From contig OZ251230.1 in the NCBI GenBank assembly GCA_965240325.2, forward strand, positions 620,001-684,000: a DNA stretch of 64,000 nucleotides, in the 5' to 3' direction. Shown here piece after piece: positions 1 through 11,343 of this stretch (position 1 is its first letter; every line of letters begins with the position of its first letter). The stretch comes from Rebecca billardiae RCC1528. Its lineage: Eukaryota > Protista > Haptophyta. A model generated the notes under the pieces. The model saw only the letters and a program-made list of their open reading frames with translations. It did no database searches and had not been told where the DNA came from. The position numbers were made by a program, and so were the translations under genes.

Positions 1-3000
1 GCGTCGGCGGGGAAGAGCGTCGCGAGCAGCCGCGGCTCGAGCCTGTCCACGACCTCCCGCAGCCGCAGCAGCCGCTCCTTGCACGCCCTCGGCGTCTTCC
101 CCTCGAATGCGGGCCACGCGCGCTGCGGTGTCGCGTGCAGCACGTGAGCATACTGCGTCTGCAGCAGGCCGATGTCCTGCTCGATCGTCCACGACGAGTC
201 GTTCTGCGTGTAGAATCGCAGGACGCGCTCGTCGTGCATGGTGCGCAGCGCGGCGTGCAAGCGCCCGAACGCGCGCTCGGGCGAGTCCTCCGGCGAGAGC
301 TCGCCCTGCGGCTCGGTGCCCGGCTGCCGCTCCCCCTGCGCGCCGCGCGCCGCCTGCGCGCCGCGCGCCGCGTGGGCGTCGACGCCCTCACAGCCGGTGG
401 GCAACGAGGCCTCGGCCGTGTCGCCGAGCTGCGCGGCGGCGGGGCTGGTGGGGTCGACGTCCATGTCGGTCACGGACGGCTCCACCTCGTGCGCGCGCGG
501 CGCCGCCTCGCCCGCGTCGGTGCCGCACGGCGAGCCGCCCGAGAGCGTGCTGAGCGGCCAGACGCAGGCGTGCGCGCGCGGCGCGTGCGCGCGCAAAAGG
601 TCCTGCAGCTGGCGCGCGCACTGCGCGAGCGCGGGCTTCGACGCCTGCCGATGACGTTGCGACATGCTCTTGGCGGAGCGGCCGTCGAACTGCATGAAGA
701 GCACGGCGAGCGCGTCGTCCACCGGCAGGCACAGCTCGCTCGCGTGCTCGTCGAGCACGGAGTGCAGCTGCGCGCGGCCCTCGGCCCCGAGCGCGCGCTG
801 CAGAGCCTTGGGCCACGCGTCGCGTGCGCCCGGCGCGCTCGCCACCGAGTCGGCGGCGCGCGGCCGCTTGCCGGCGGCGGGGCGGCGAGGAAGCTCGACG
901 CTCTTGGCCTGCAGACGCTCGAGCGCGTCGGCGCATTCGCCGCGCAGCAGGTTGTGCAGCGCCCAGCGATGCGACCGGCACTGCTGGGGCTTGAGGTCCG
1001 CGAGGAGCGCATGGCCGCCCGGCGGCGCGCCGACCACACCCGTCTCCAACACCGCGAGGCTCTGCTCGAGCGAGAAGAGCTGGGACTGCGAGCGCGAGCT
1101 GATGAGCGCGCACACGCGCGCATGCGCCTGGGCGCCGAGGACCTCCAGCAGCAACGTGGCCGGCGGCGACGATATGGCGCTCCCGTCAGCCGCCGCCTGC
1201 GTGGTGGATGGACGCCGCGTCGTCGACTCCGACCGCGTCAGGTGGGGCGCGCGGTGGTCAGCAGCTGCGGCGCCATCGCGCGTGCTCGGGGCACGGTGTG
1301 CGTCGGTCTGCGGGGCAGCCGTCGCAGCCGATACGGATGGAGCAGCGCCGCCGCGTGCGCTTGAAGCGCGGTGCGCGTCGAGCCGCTGGACGGCGGTGGG
1401 TGCGTGCTTCCCCAGCAGCGCGCGCAGGCGGTGACGATGCCTGCGGATCTGGTCTGGCGCGACACGGCTCAGCGCGGGATGCTCAGCGGCCGCGCCGTAG
1501 CCCAGCCCGGTCTCGAGCACGGCGAGGCTCTGCTCGACCGAGAAGTTCGAGGACTTGACGCGCGCCACGATGATATCGCGGACGGTTGCCAATCCGTCCA
1601 CGCCCAGCATCGCTGCCAGCGATGCGCCGCCGCCGCGCGCGCGCGCGTTGAGCCAGTCGCCGTCCACGTGCGCGCCGGGCCGCGCCACCAAACTTGGCGC
1701 CAAGTGCCCGCCCTGCTCGCCAGCTCCGCACGGTGGCGCCGTGTCCGCCTCGCTCGCCGCACGATCACGATGCGGTGCGCCAACGTGCGCGCACGGCACC
1801 GCGTACAGCGCGTGCGCCGCCACGGGCGCTGGGCGGCCCACGCGCGCGGCGCAGCCTGCCGCAGAGCAGCAGCCCGAGGCTGCCCGCGAGTGCTGCCCGG
1901 CAGAGGTTGACGCGATGCGGTCGTGCGACGGCGGCAGCTGCGGCGGCGGCGTCGAAGCGGGCTCGGCGCCGGCGATCGCACCCGGCGCGTACGCCATCGG
2001 CGTGTAGTAGTAGTCGCCACCGGGCATCAGCATCTCCTCGTCGGCCAGCAGCCGCGCGCGCCGCCGCTCCATGCAGACGATGCCGAGCGCGCCGCGCACC
2101 GCGCCCACGCGCCGCGGCGCACGCCCCAACTCCACGCGCGCGCCAGCGGCGGTGCCGCGGATTCGCCACAGCGGGCGTGCGCGCCGTTGGATGGCGCGCG
2201 CGGCGCGCTCACGCCGCAGCCGCGCGTGCGCGACGGCAAACGCCACGTCCCGCCAGCCCGACTCCGCCTTCGAGGCGCGAGCGACGGCAGAGAGGGCTTG
2301 CACCCCAGCCGCAGGTGGTGGTGCGAGCAGCTGCGATGGCGGCGCGCGGCCAAACCAGAGCAGCCCAGCGCGCGCGGCGATCATCATCGCCGATTCGAGC
2401 AGCGCGTCGTCCTCGGGAAGAGTGGGCGCGTTCGAGGCGCAAACGCGCAGCGCCGTGCACGCGGCGCGCACGCCCGCGCCGTACGCCTTGCGCCGTGCTG
2501 CATCGGCTCCTGCGCCGTCAGCACGCTGCATTGCTGCTTGCATGCTGCTGAGCGCGCGGCGCTGCTCGGCGGTCGCCTTGCACCGAATCGAATCGTGGTC
2601 GAGCGCGGCGTGCTGCGGCGCGCGCGACATCTCGGCAGTGTCTCGGGGCACCGCGTCGGATGTCGCATGACGCCGAGACAGGGTGCTGCGGCGGCTGGCC
2701 CGCGCACGCCGCCTGCGCACGCCGCCACCAACGCGTCGCGCCGGATTCTCCTCGAACACGTGCCAGCCTGCTCCGCTTCGGCACGCACGCACGCGTGCGC
2801 GTGCCGCGGCGCGTTGCGCCCGCTCGTCGCGCGCGCGCCGGCGTGCGAGGCACGATTCCGTGGCCAGCGCCAGATCGCCCGCGCGCCAGTCCACCAGCGC
2901 GCGCCGCCGCTTGACGTCGTCATCACAGTGTGCCACGCGCAGCGCACCTTGCACGCGTGCGTGCACGGCATGCATGTGCGCGGGCACGCAGCGTGCGACG

Positions 3001-3416
3001 CGCTCCAGCACGGCAATCTGAGTGCCCGTCACGTCGAAGCTGTCCACGCCCGGAAGGTCGAGCCCGCGCGTCGCGCGCCGGCATCGCTCGACGCGCTGAG
3101 GGCGAGGCGGAGCATTCGCCTCGCGCAGTGCTCGTCTGACACACCCATGTTCGTCGCGCATGTGTACAGGAATGCAGCGCATGACGCGTGTAAGCACGGC
3201 CATGTGCGTCGCCGACGCGTCGAGGGGGTCCGCCCCCGGCATGCTCAGCCCGAGCGTCTCGTGCAGCCCCCGGGGCCGAGGCATCGCGAGGCGCAGGACA
3301 TCGCCTCGTGCGCGCTTAACATGGAGTCGTTCGTCGACCATCCACTCGGGGATGGAATCATAGACGCGACGCATCTCGGCGAGGGCAGCCCTGGGAGCAG
3401 GTTGAGGCCCTCCCAT
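1..3416 (-). CDS. Large hypothetical protein (>1100 aa, runs off the left end) with two families of internal repeats
   Basis: The minus frame stays open from ATG 3416 (MGGPQPAPRAALAEMRRVYDSIPEW...) to position 1 (...EPRLLATLFPAD). It is missing from the ORF track because it has no stop in the window, and no other minus-strand ORF is listed in this frame. Repeats are AVLxRVxRCIPxHM (x3) and FSxEQSLAVLETG-like (x4). Confidence 0.7.
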   Translation of the reverse strand, partial: MGGPQPAPRAALAEMRRVYDSIPEWMVDERLHVKRARGDVLRLAMPRPRGLHETLGLSMPGADPLDASATHMAVLTRVMRCIPVHMRDEHGCVRRALREANAPPRPQRVERCRRATRGLDLPGVDSFDVTGTQIAVLERVARCVPAHMHAVHARVQGALRVAHCDDDVKRRRALVDWRAGDLALATESCLARRRARDERAQRAAARARVRACRSGAGWHVFEENPARRVGGGVRRRRARASRRSTLSRRHATSDAVPRDTAEMSRAPQHAALDHDSIRCKATAEQRRALSSMQAAMQRADGAGADAARRKAYGAGVRAACTALRVCASNAPTLPEDDALLESAMMIAARAGLLWFGRAPPSQLLAPPPAAGVQALSAVARASKAESGWRDVAFAVAHARLRRERAARAIQRRARPLWRIRGTAAGARVELGRAPRRVGAVRGALGIVCMERRRARLLADEEMLMPGGDYYYTPMAYAPGAIAGAEPASTPPPQLPPSHDRIASTSAGQHSRAASGCCSAAGCAARVGRPAPVAAHALYAVPCAHVGAPHRDRAASEADTAPPCGAGEQGGHLAPSLVARPGAHVDGDWLNARARGGGASLAAMLGVDGLATVRDIIVARVKSSNFSVEQSLAVLETGLGYGAAAEHPALSRVAPDQIRRHRHRLRALLGKHAPTAVQRLDAHRASSARGGAAPSVSAATAAPQTDAHRAPSTRDGAAAADHRAPHLTRSESTTRRPSTTQAAADGSAISSPPATLLLEVLGAQAHARVCALISSRSQSQLFSLEQSLAVLETGVVGAPPGGHALLADLKPQQCRSHRWALHNLLRGECADALERLQAKSVELPRRPAAGKRPRAADSVASAPGARDAWPKALQRALGAEGRAQLHSVLDEHASELCLPVDDALAVLFMQFDGRSAKSMSQRHRQASKPALAQCARQLQDLLRAHAPRAHACVWPLSTLSGGSPCGTDAGEAAPRAHEVEPSVTDMDVDPTSPAAAQLGDTAEASLPTGCEGVDAHAARGAQAARGAQGERQPGTEPQGELSPEDSPERAFGRLHAALRTMHDERVLRFYTQNDSSWTIEQDIGLLQTQYAHVLHATPQRAWPAFEGKTPRACKERLLRLREVVDRLEPRLLATLFPAD

Positions 3417-3644
3417 TGGGACCACCGCCACAGCGCCGGCGGAGGCACCACGTCTCGTGCGTCGCCGTTCACGGCGGACACACTCACGAACTGCAGTCGA
3501 ACCGGCTGCAGCTGAGACACTTTTCTCCGGCCGAGTCACGCGCGTGTTTCCTGCGCTCGTCATCGCGCGGTTATCGAAACGACTATAAGCCAAGACTATG
3601 ACCGGACGCCCTACTATATGATGTGAGTACTCGTCATGAGACAC

Positions 3645-3751
3645 GTTTGTATGAAAGTAGGGGGAATGTTTGTATGAAAGTAGGGGGAATGTTTGTATGA
3701 AAGTAGGGGGAATGTTTGTATGAAAGTAGGGGGAATGTTTGTATGAAAGTA
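3645..3751. repeat. 23-bp tandem minisatellite GTTTGTATGAAAGTAGGGGGAAT x4.6
   Basis: Perfect copies read directly; lies between two divergent genes. Confidence 0.97.
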
Positions 3752-3903
3752 ACGGCTCTTCACATACGAAGATTGGACGCCTCGCGCGCGAACATTGCCG
3801 TATTTGCCAATACGGTAGAGGAGTCGGGGGGGGAGCATCAGGTAAAAGTGTGTTGTGCGTCACAGGTCAGGTGTGATTGACAGTACGTCGCCTCACAGCC
3901 ACG

Positions 3904-5420
3904 ATGGTGGCGCACGCGCTGAGCGCGCCGGCGGCGCTGCCGCGGCTGGGTCCACGTGCGCTCACCGTGCTTTCGTACAACATACTCCTCCCGAACAGCA
4001 TGGATGGCTGGTGGATGTACAAGATGTATCCTCCGGGCGCATTGTCCTCCCCCGACGAGGCCAGCTGGTCGCGCAGATCGACGCTGCTGGCGAGAGAGAT
4101 TGAGGCCGCTGACGCGGACGTGGTGTGCCTGCAGGAGGTGTCGCCGACGTCGTTCGAGTCGGACTTTGCGTTCATGCGCGACCTTGGGTACAAGAGCTGC
4201 GAGCTCTTCCGGAAGGGTCGGTTCCGGCCGGCGACGTTCTGGCGACCGACGGTGCAGCTCGCGACGGTCGCGCATCGGGACCGCTGCCTGATCACGACGT
4301 TCACCCTCGCCGACGCACCAGATGCTGAGGTGAGCGTCATCAACGCGCACCTACAGGCCGGGCCGGAAGGCCCGCGCCGGCTGCGGCAAGTCGTCGACGC
4401 GCTCGAGAACGTCTTCAAGGCAGCAAAGCGCTCCAAGCTGGTCGCGCAGCCGGAGCGTGCGGCCGTGATCGTCTGCGGCGACTTCAACGGTGACGACCGC
4501 TCCGCCGCGGTGCGCGTGCTCGAAGACGGCGCGATCGAGCCCGACTTCGTCGAGGACGGAGAGACGGTGACCTCGAAGACGAAGCGCTCGCCCTTCCCGC
4601 CGATGGTCGACGCCGCGGCCGCCGCGGCCGAGCGGCCGCCACCGCCCACCCTCGTGCTGCCTGAGCTGATCAGCGTGCTCACCGCGCAGGGCGACCAGGG
4701 CCGCGGCACCAGCATGAGCGAGGGCACGCGCGCCGCGCTGCGCGCCATCTTCGAGGACTTCTCGGGCGGTGCGGCGACGATGAATGCCGAGCAGGTCGAG
4801 CGCTGGCTCGTCCGGATCAACGGCCAGCTCGGCCGCGGCTCCGAGTTCAGGGCAGCCGCACGAGAGATGGCGGGCCCGGACGCGCCATCCGCGTCGCCCG
4901 CGCCCGACGCTGCCGCACCGGCCGCGCAGGCGGAGGCGCCCGAGGCCGCGCCTCCCGCGGCGATCCCACCCGACGGGACGCTCTCGTGGGACGCGTTCTG
5001 CCGGGTGTACGACGCCGAGCTCGCGGCGGGCAAGTACTGTGCGCGTGTGCGCGCGCGCGCCCTCCGCTGCGCATCCACCCGCCTCCCGCGTGCGAGCCGT
5101 CTTTCTCGTCCCTGACCGCCGACGCCTGCGCTCGCGCACGCGCGCCCGGTGCCTCGCGTGCAGGGGGCGTGGCGCACGACCTACACGCGTGCGGGCACAT
5201 GCCACCGGCCATGCGCGACGCGGGTCTGTTCAAGGCACGATACGATCGCGTGTACGTCAGCGCGGGCGCCGAGGTCGTCGCCGTGCGCGATTGCACCTCC
5301 GATCAGCCGTGCCCCAACGCCGAGCACCCCAGTGACCACCTCCCTGTCGGTGTCTGCGTCCGGCTGGCAGCACCGTCCGATGCGGCATCCCAGGCTGAGC
5401 CGTCGGTTGGTTCCGATTGA
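3904..5420 (+). CDS. Endonuclease/exonuclease/phosphatase (EEP; CCR4/nocturnin/PDE12-like) protein with EF-hand-like insertion; intron 5039-5163
   Basis: Motifs LSYNIL, DVVCLQEV, NAHL, VCGDFNG, YDRVY and PSDHLPV. A GT..AG intron joins KY-W-GVAHDL in frame. Confidence 0.9.
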
Positions 5421-5915
5421 GAACTACGCTATGCGCATCAGTGCCCGCGCGGCCCGTCAGCGGTATATTATCAGTGCCAGTCCATACTGATTGACGATTC
5501 ACGATTGGTCATTGTATCAATGGTCGTAGTAACGCGTAATTTTAAAATAGGCTAGCTATACATAATTAATAAGTAAACGGGCTATAACAGCTGACGGTCA
5601 CTGCCGTGGCTAGTTTGACACCGTACTAAGAGTAAGAGTGACTCAGTTAGTCAGTAGTCTCCGGTGACCGGTAAGACTCAGGTAAGAGTGAGTATTGTTG
5701 CGGCAGTGAAAAGCTAAGTTTTACTCGTCTGCTGTCATACGGTGCCGTATTATCATTCGTCGCGACGGGGCTCAAATTGGCCGTCTCATCGCGCGTCTAG
5801 CGCGGTCTTCCAACTTTGCACATGGCTAGCATTTTCGTGCGGTGAGTGCCGGTGACTGGCCTCGGAGTCCGCGCCGGCGGCTGGGAGCCCACCTGCCTGG
5901 CGGGCGCGGCCGCCC

Positions 5916-6245
5916 TCACTTCAGCTTCTTGCTCGATGCTTTGCCCTTGCCACTGCGCTTCTGAGCTCCGGCCTCCCCGCGAGCCTTCTTCGCCGCGCGG
6001 GCCTCGAGCCGGGCCCTCTCTCGCCTCGCCTCCTGCACCTTCTCAATCCACCAGTCCATTAGGTTGCCTCCTAGGTCGCCTGAGGCGACGAAGCCGAACG
6101 TCCTGGCGACGCATCGCCCGAGCATGCGTCCAAGGACTGACACCACTATGAAGACGGCGCCGAGCTGCAGCGGGCCCCAAATCGAGGACAGGTCGACGCC
6201 GAGGAAGCGGCGCACCGGGCTGTCGTATTCGTCAGCATCCGACAT
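5916..6245 (-). CDS. Small membrane protein (109 aa, one TM helix, basic C-terminal tail)
   Basis: ATG-initiated ORF with hydrophobic segment LQLGAVFIVVSVLG, protein-like composition, head-to-head with RMDN. Confidence 0.6.
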   Translation of the reverse strand: MSDADEYDSPVRRFLGVDLSSIWGPLQLGAVFIVVSVLGRMLGRCVARTFGFVASGDLGGNLMDWWIEKVQEARRERARLEARAAKKARGEAGAQKRSGKGKASSKKLK

Positions 6246-6345
6246 CGTGTCGCGATCACGACGGTTGCAAACAACGACGGTTGGGCAAGGTCCGGCTTCC
6301 CAAGGACCGGTGGTCAGTCCGGTACCCGAATTTTATCGCGCGCCG

Positions 6346-7619
6346 ATGCCGGCCCGCCGACAGCTGGCCGTCCTGTCGTGGTCGCGCCCGCCTCGATGGG
6401 CGCTCGTGAGCGCTGCTCTCGGCACGGTGGCTGGATGGCTCGCCTACCGCAGCTACCGGCAAGAGCAGGTACTCCTCGAGCTGCAGCGCCGAGTCGACGA
6501 GCTCACTGCGCAAGCCGCGCGCGTCCTGTCGCCAACGCCAGGCGTGCGCGTGTCGCGGCCGCTGCCGGCGTCGTCGCAGCTGTCGTTCGATGGCGCGTCC
6601 TTCGAGGATGCCGAGGCGTATGCTGACCATACGCCAGACAGCGAGGGCCCGTCCGTCGGCCACTCGCCTGCCAGGCCGATGGGCTCAGACCGCGCGCGCA
6701 CAGGCGAGGGCTCCCTGCACGCGCTCGACGCCCTCTTCGACGCAGAGAAGCACGAGGAGACGGTGGAGATGGTCGGCAGCCCGTCCGACGCGGATGTGGA
6801 CGCTGCCGATAGACTCTGGCGTCGAGCACGCGCCTACCATGTGCGCGCCACACGAGGCGCGCGCGTGCGCACGGTGCTGATCGGTCGCCTAGCTCACCAA
6901 CCCGCGCCGCTCCGCGCGCTCCGTGGCGCGCAACGCGTGTGCAGGGCCTGGCGAACGCGGCGCTGCGTACCGGCTCGGCTGCCGAGCACAAGCGCCTCAT
7001 GTACCTCGCCCACGCAGACGCCCAGCGCGCCCTCGGCCTGCAACCTCGCCTCTTCGCCGGTGCGGCGCAGTGGTCACGTCCGGGGCGTTGGCCGCGTCGC
7101 GCCGGGCGCTGCCGAGTGCTGATGCGGCGGCTCGTGACGCGCGTGTCCCGCACGCTCGCCTCGCCGCGCGCAGCGCACAAGTGGTGCGGCATCCTCGTCT
7201 CCGAGACAAGCGGCTTCGAGGGCACCAAGGCGAGCATACAGAGCTCCTTCACCGTGCGCGACCACTTTGCGCGCGCAGCCGAGCTCAACGCGCACGACCC
7301 GACGTCGCGCCACCTGCTCGGGCTGTGGCACTTCGAGGTGGCGAGCATCGGCTGGGCGACCGCGCGCATCGCCGCGACGCTCTTCTCCACGCCGCCCAGC
7401 TCGACGTACGACGAGGCTCTCGTGCACCTGCTGGCGGCCGAGGAGATCGAGCCCGGCTTCTACAAGAAGAACCAGCTGCTGATTGCCAAGGCAAAGCTCA
7501 AGCTGGGCGACAAGCCAGGCGCGCGGGAGTGGCTGGCGAGGGCGGTGGCGCTCGACGTGGCCAATGCGGACGACGAGGCCGCGCATGCCGAGGCGGCGGC
7601 GCTGCTCAAGTCGGTCTGA
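6346..7619 (+). CDS. RMDN: Regulator of microtubule dynamics (RMD/RMDN, FAM82/PTPIP51-like) TPR protein; introns 6841-6944 and 7060-7173
   Basis: N-terminal TM helix plus coiled coil, then LWRRARAY, AHKWCGIL, HFARAAELNAHDPTSRHLLGLWHFEVA, LFSTPPSSTYDEAL and PGFYKKNQLLIAK, which match the RMD1 family. Splice sites are canonical and in frame. Confidence 0.9.
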
Positions 7620-8089
7620 TGACACTGAGTCGCGCACGGCGAGCGCCGCTACACTAGGCTTGGGGCCAGGCGGCCCGCAGCTCGCCGAACCGTTGCGCGC
7701 GCACAACGTGCAGCAAAACAAATAAACCAGCATGCAAATCAAAACATTCCGACGTCGCGGATTTGACGTCATCGCGACGGCCCATGACGACCGATGAGTA
7801 AGTAAAGGAGCGTCAAAGCATCGCTGCCGAGAATCAATGCTGCCGAATCGCTTCTGGTCGGGAGCGACCAAGACTGATGCACCCAATCGTCACGCCCAAT
7901 ATTGTCGGCCCCGAATTGAGACGACCAACCGTGGCCGGCACTGGCGAGCGAGTTGCCGAGTTCAGAGCGTGTGAAGCTCGAGACTCGGCCCGAGGCTGCC
8001 GGGCGCGAATCTGTGTGGCCACGCGCACGGCGAGCGCGTGTACTGCTTGGCGGCTTTGCGCACACCAGCACGCGACACCAGGTCTCAGG

Positions 8090-10919
8090 ATGCGCCGAAT
8101 CGTGCTCCTGCTGCTCGCTGGCGTGCGCTCTGCGCTCGCGTGCACCGCCCTCGGCGTGGGGCGCGACGCGTCGGATGACGGCAGCGTGATGGTCGCGCAC
8201 TCGGACGACTCGGGCGGCATGGGCGATCCGCGGCTCGTGCACGTGCCCGCGCGCGACTGGCCGAACGGCACGATGCGCCCGGTCTACCTCTCCATCTCCG
8301 ACTACCCCCGCGTCATCGCACCCGAGCGCGCACCCGAGTACGCGCCGGCGAATGAGATGGAGGCGTCGCTGCCGTGGGTGGAGCCGATCGGGTACATCCC
8401 GCAGGTGGCGCACACGTACGCGTACTGGGACACCGACTACGGGCTGGGCAACGAGCACCAGCTCGTCATGGCCGAGACCTCTTGCGCCGGGCGCATCTCC
8501 TCGGTGCGTCCGCGCGCGCAGCTCGTCAAGTGCGTGGCGGCGCCCCTTTGCATGCGCCTGCGCGCTCACGCGCGCGGTGCATCGCGCCGCGTGCTGCGCC
8601 GCGCCGCGCCGCGCCGCGCGCGTCAGATCCCGCTGGGCCAGCCCAACGGCACCGCCCTCTTCGGCATCGAGGAGCTCGGCAAGATCGCGCTCGAGCGCTG
8701 CCGCACGGCCGTGTGCGCGGTCACGACGATGGGCGAGCTCGCTGAGCAGCACGGCTACTACGGCGGGAACGGCCACCTGGGCGTGATGGAGCCGTGGCCC
8801 GGGACGAAGCCGGGCGAGGAGGGCGAGGCGCTCGTGATCGGCGACGCGCTGGGCGAGCTGTGGGTCTTCCACATCCTGCCCGGCGCGAACGGGCGCGGCG
8901 CCGTGTGGGCAGCGCAGCGCATGGACGACGACAAGGTGACCGTCGTCGCCAACATGTTCATCATCCGGCAGATGAACCTGACGGACGCGGGGCGCTTCCG
9001 CGCGTCGCGCGACATCGAGGGGGTCGCGCACGCGCTCGGCTTCTGGGAGCCGGCGGACGGGCCCTTCGACTTCACCGCCGCCTTCGCGGGCAACGTGAAG
9101 GCCGCCGACGAGCGTCACGAGCTGATCAACCAGTTCTACAGCGGCCGGCGGATCTGGCGCGTCTACGACGTGCTCGCGCCCTCGATGCGGCTCGACCCGG
9201 ACCTGGGCTGCCTGCAGGAGACGCCGACGTACCCGATCGCGATCACGCCCGAGGCGAAGGTGAGCGTGGGCACCGTCTTCCGCCTCTACCGCGACTTCTA
9301 CGAGGGGACGCCGTTCGATCTCTCGAAGGGGCTGGCCGCCGGGCCGTACGGCACGGTGGGCGCCGCGCCGCGCGCGCCCGCCCGCCCGCCCGCCCGCCCG
9401 CCCGCCCCTCCGCAGCCGCCGCCGCCGCTGCTGGCTGTGCGCGCGCGCGAGAGCGCCTCACGCGCGCTCGCCCCGCTCACGCGCACGGCGCGGCGCTCGC
9501 CCCCCCCCGCTCGCGCAGCCCAACCGGTTTGGCGGCGGGCACGGCGAGGTCGAGGCGCCCGGCGGCTGGGAGCGAGCCATCTCGATGTATCGCACGCTCT
9601 TCTCCTTCGTCGCGCAGGTGAGCGCGCGCGGGCACGCGCGCGGGCGCGCGCCACCCCGCGCGCCGCCCCGCGCCCCGCGGGCCCGCGCTCGTGCTGGGCC
9701 CGCGCTCTGGCGGCCGGCGCGGCCGGCGCGGCCGCGGCGCGCGCGCGATGCGCCTGCGCGCGCGGCGCGCACTGCGCACGGCACGCGACGCGCGTGCGCG
9801 CGCGACGCTTGGCGGCCTCACCACGCACCGCGCCCAACGCCTCCGCGCGCCCGCGCGCGCCGCGCCCTCCGTCGGCGGCAGGCGCGCCCGTCGCTGCCCG
9901 ACGAGGTCGGCGGCGTCGTCTGGTTCGGCGAGGACTCGCCGCACGCCACGTGCTACTTCCCCTTCTTCCTGGCGCAGGGCCGCCTGCCGCGCGCGTACAC
10001 GCACGGCACGCAGGGCGAGTACTCGGCGGGCAGCGCGTGGTGGACGTTCAACCTGATCAAGCGGTTCATCGACCTCAACTTCCGCGCGATGATCGAGGAC
10101 GTGCGCGCCGCGCAGGAGGAGTGCGAGGCCGGCGGGCGCAAGGTGCTCGCGGAGGCGGAGGCGGCGGCGCTCGCGGCCCTCCGCGCGCCCTCGCCCTCGT
10201 CCAGCAAGCACGGGGCGACGAGCTCGGGCGCGGCCAAGCCGCACTCGCCCGGCCGCCTCCTCAAGGCCACAACCAAGCCTAAGGCCACGTCCGCGCCGCC
10301 CCCCACGCCGTCCGCGCCGCCCGCCAGCCCCGCCGGCGCGACCGCCGCCGCCGCGCGCGCGATCGCCCTGCTCGAGAACGCCACGTGCACGCACGCCGAG
10401 TACGTGCAGGGCGCGTGGCAGAGCCTGTTCGCAGACCTGATGGTGCGGTACAAGAACGGCTACACCAACACGATCGTCGCGCAGGGGATCGTGCGCGAGA
10501 AGACGATCGGCTACCCGGCGTGGTGGCTGCGCCTCGTCGGCTACACCGGCTGGATGGACTTCGTCAAGTCGCGCGGCGCCGAGCACGCGCAGCAGCGCGC
10601 AGAGTCGGGCGACCTGGAGGTGGACAGCAGCAAGGAGCCCGACACGTCGGTCTGGGCGGCCGGCGACAACACCGCCGCGCGCAAGGCGGCGTCCACGCAG
10701 CCCGCGTGGGCGCGCGCCGCCGGTGCGCACCCGGCGATCTTCACCTGCATCGCGCTGCTGTGTAGCGCCGTGCTCTTCGGCCTCGGCGTGCTGGCCGGGC
10801 CGCACCTCGCAAAGCCCCGGGCGCTCTGCGGCGCGGGCTCGTGGCCGCAGGCGTCGGCAGAGGCCCCGCTGCTGCCGGCCAAGGCGGATCGCGAGATGGT
10901 CCCTGGGCGCAACGCGTAG
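8090..10919 (+). CDS. Peptidase family C69 (dipeptidase A/secernin-like Ntn hydrolase), signal peptide, C-terminal TM; introns 8504-8626, 9356-9518, 9618-9881
   Basis: Signal peptide followed by CTALGVGRDASDDGSVMVAHSDD (N-terminal Cys nucleophile), then GNEHQLVMAETSC, ALERCRTA, GEALVIGD, VWAAQR, ANMFII, GLAAGPYGTPNR and WERAISMYRT. Confidence 0.92.
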
Positions 10920-11343
10920 CCGGCCACGATTCGTCCTACAGCAATTAATACTGCAGGCGCATTCGTTGGTCATCCACAGGCGGCAGCATTCTGATCGGCA
11001 TCATTGGATTCTGCCGCGCTGCGCGCATCCGGTCCGTCCAGGAGGTGGACGCGGTCGCGTGCCGGCGTGGCCGCCTGGGCACTGCCATCGTGGTTGGACT
11101 CGCCAAGCCGCCGGAGCGCCGGCAGGTGATATGCAGGCTGCGCGCGCGGTGCTGATATATTCGATCGGGTCCGCGCGCGATAGACGATGCGCGTCGTGAT
11201 GACTGCCAGACGCCACTGATGCCACTGATGATGCCAGTGCTGGCATCATCATGAACAGGCCCAGGCTGCACGCCGCGTGTGCCGCCGTGTGTCGATGTCC
11301 GACCTGATTAGTCATCCAGGCTCTGAGTCAATCAAGTCAGCAA

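Noticed and set aside
3645-3751. CRISPR array
   Set aside because: The repeats are contiguous with no spacers, the context is eukaryotic, and there are no cas genes.
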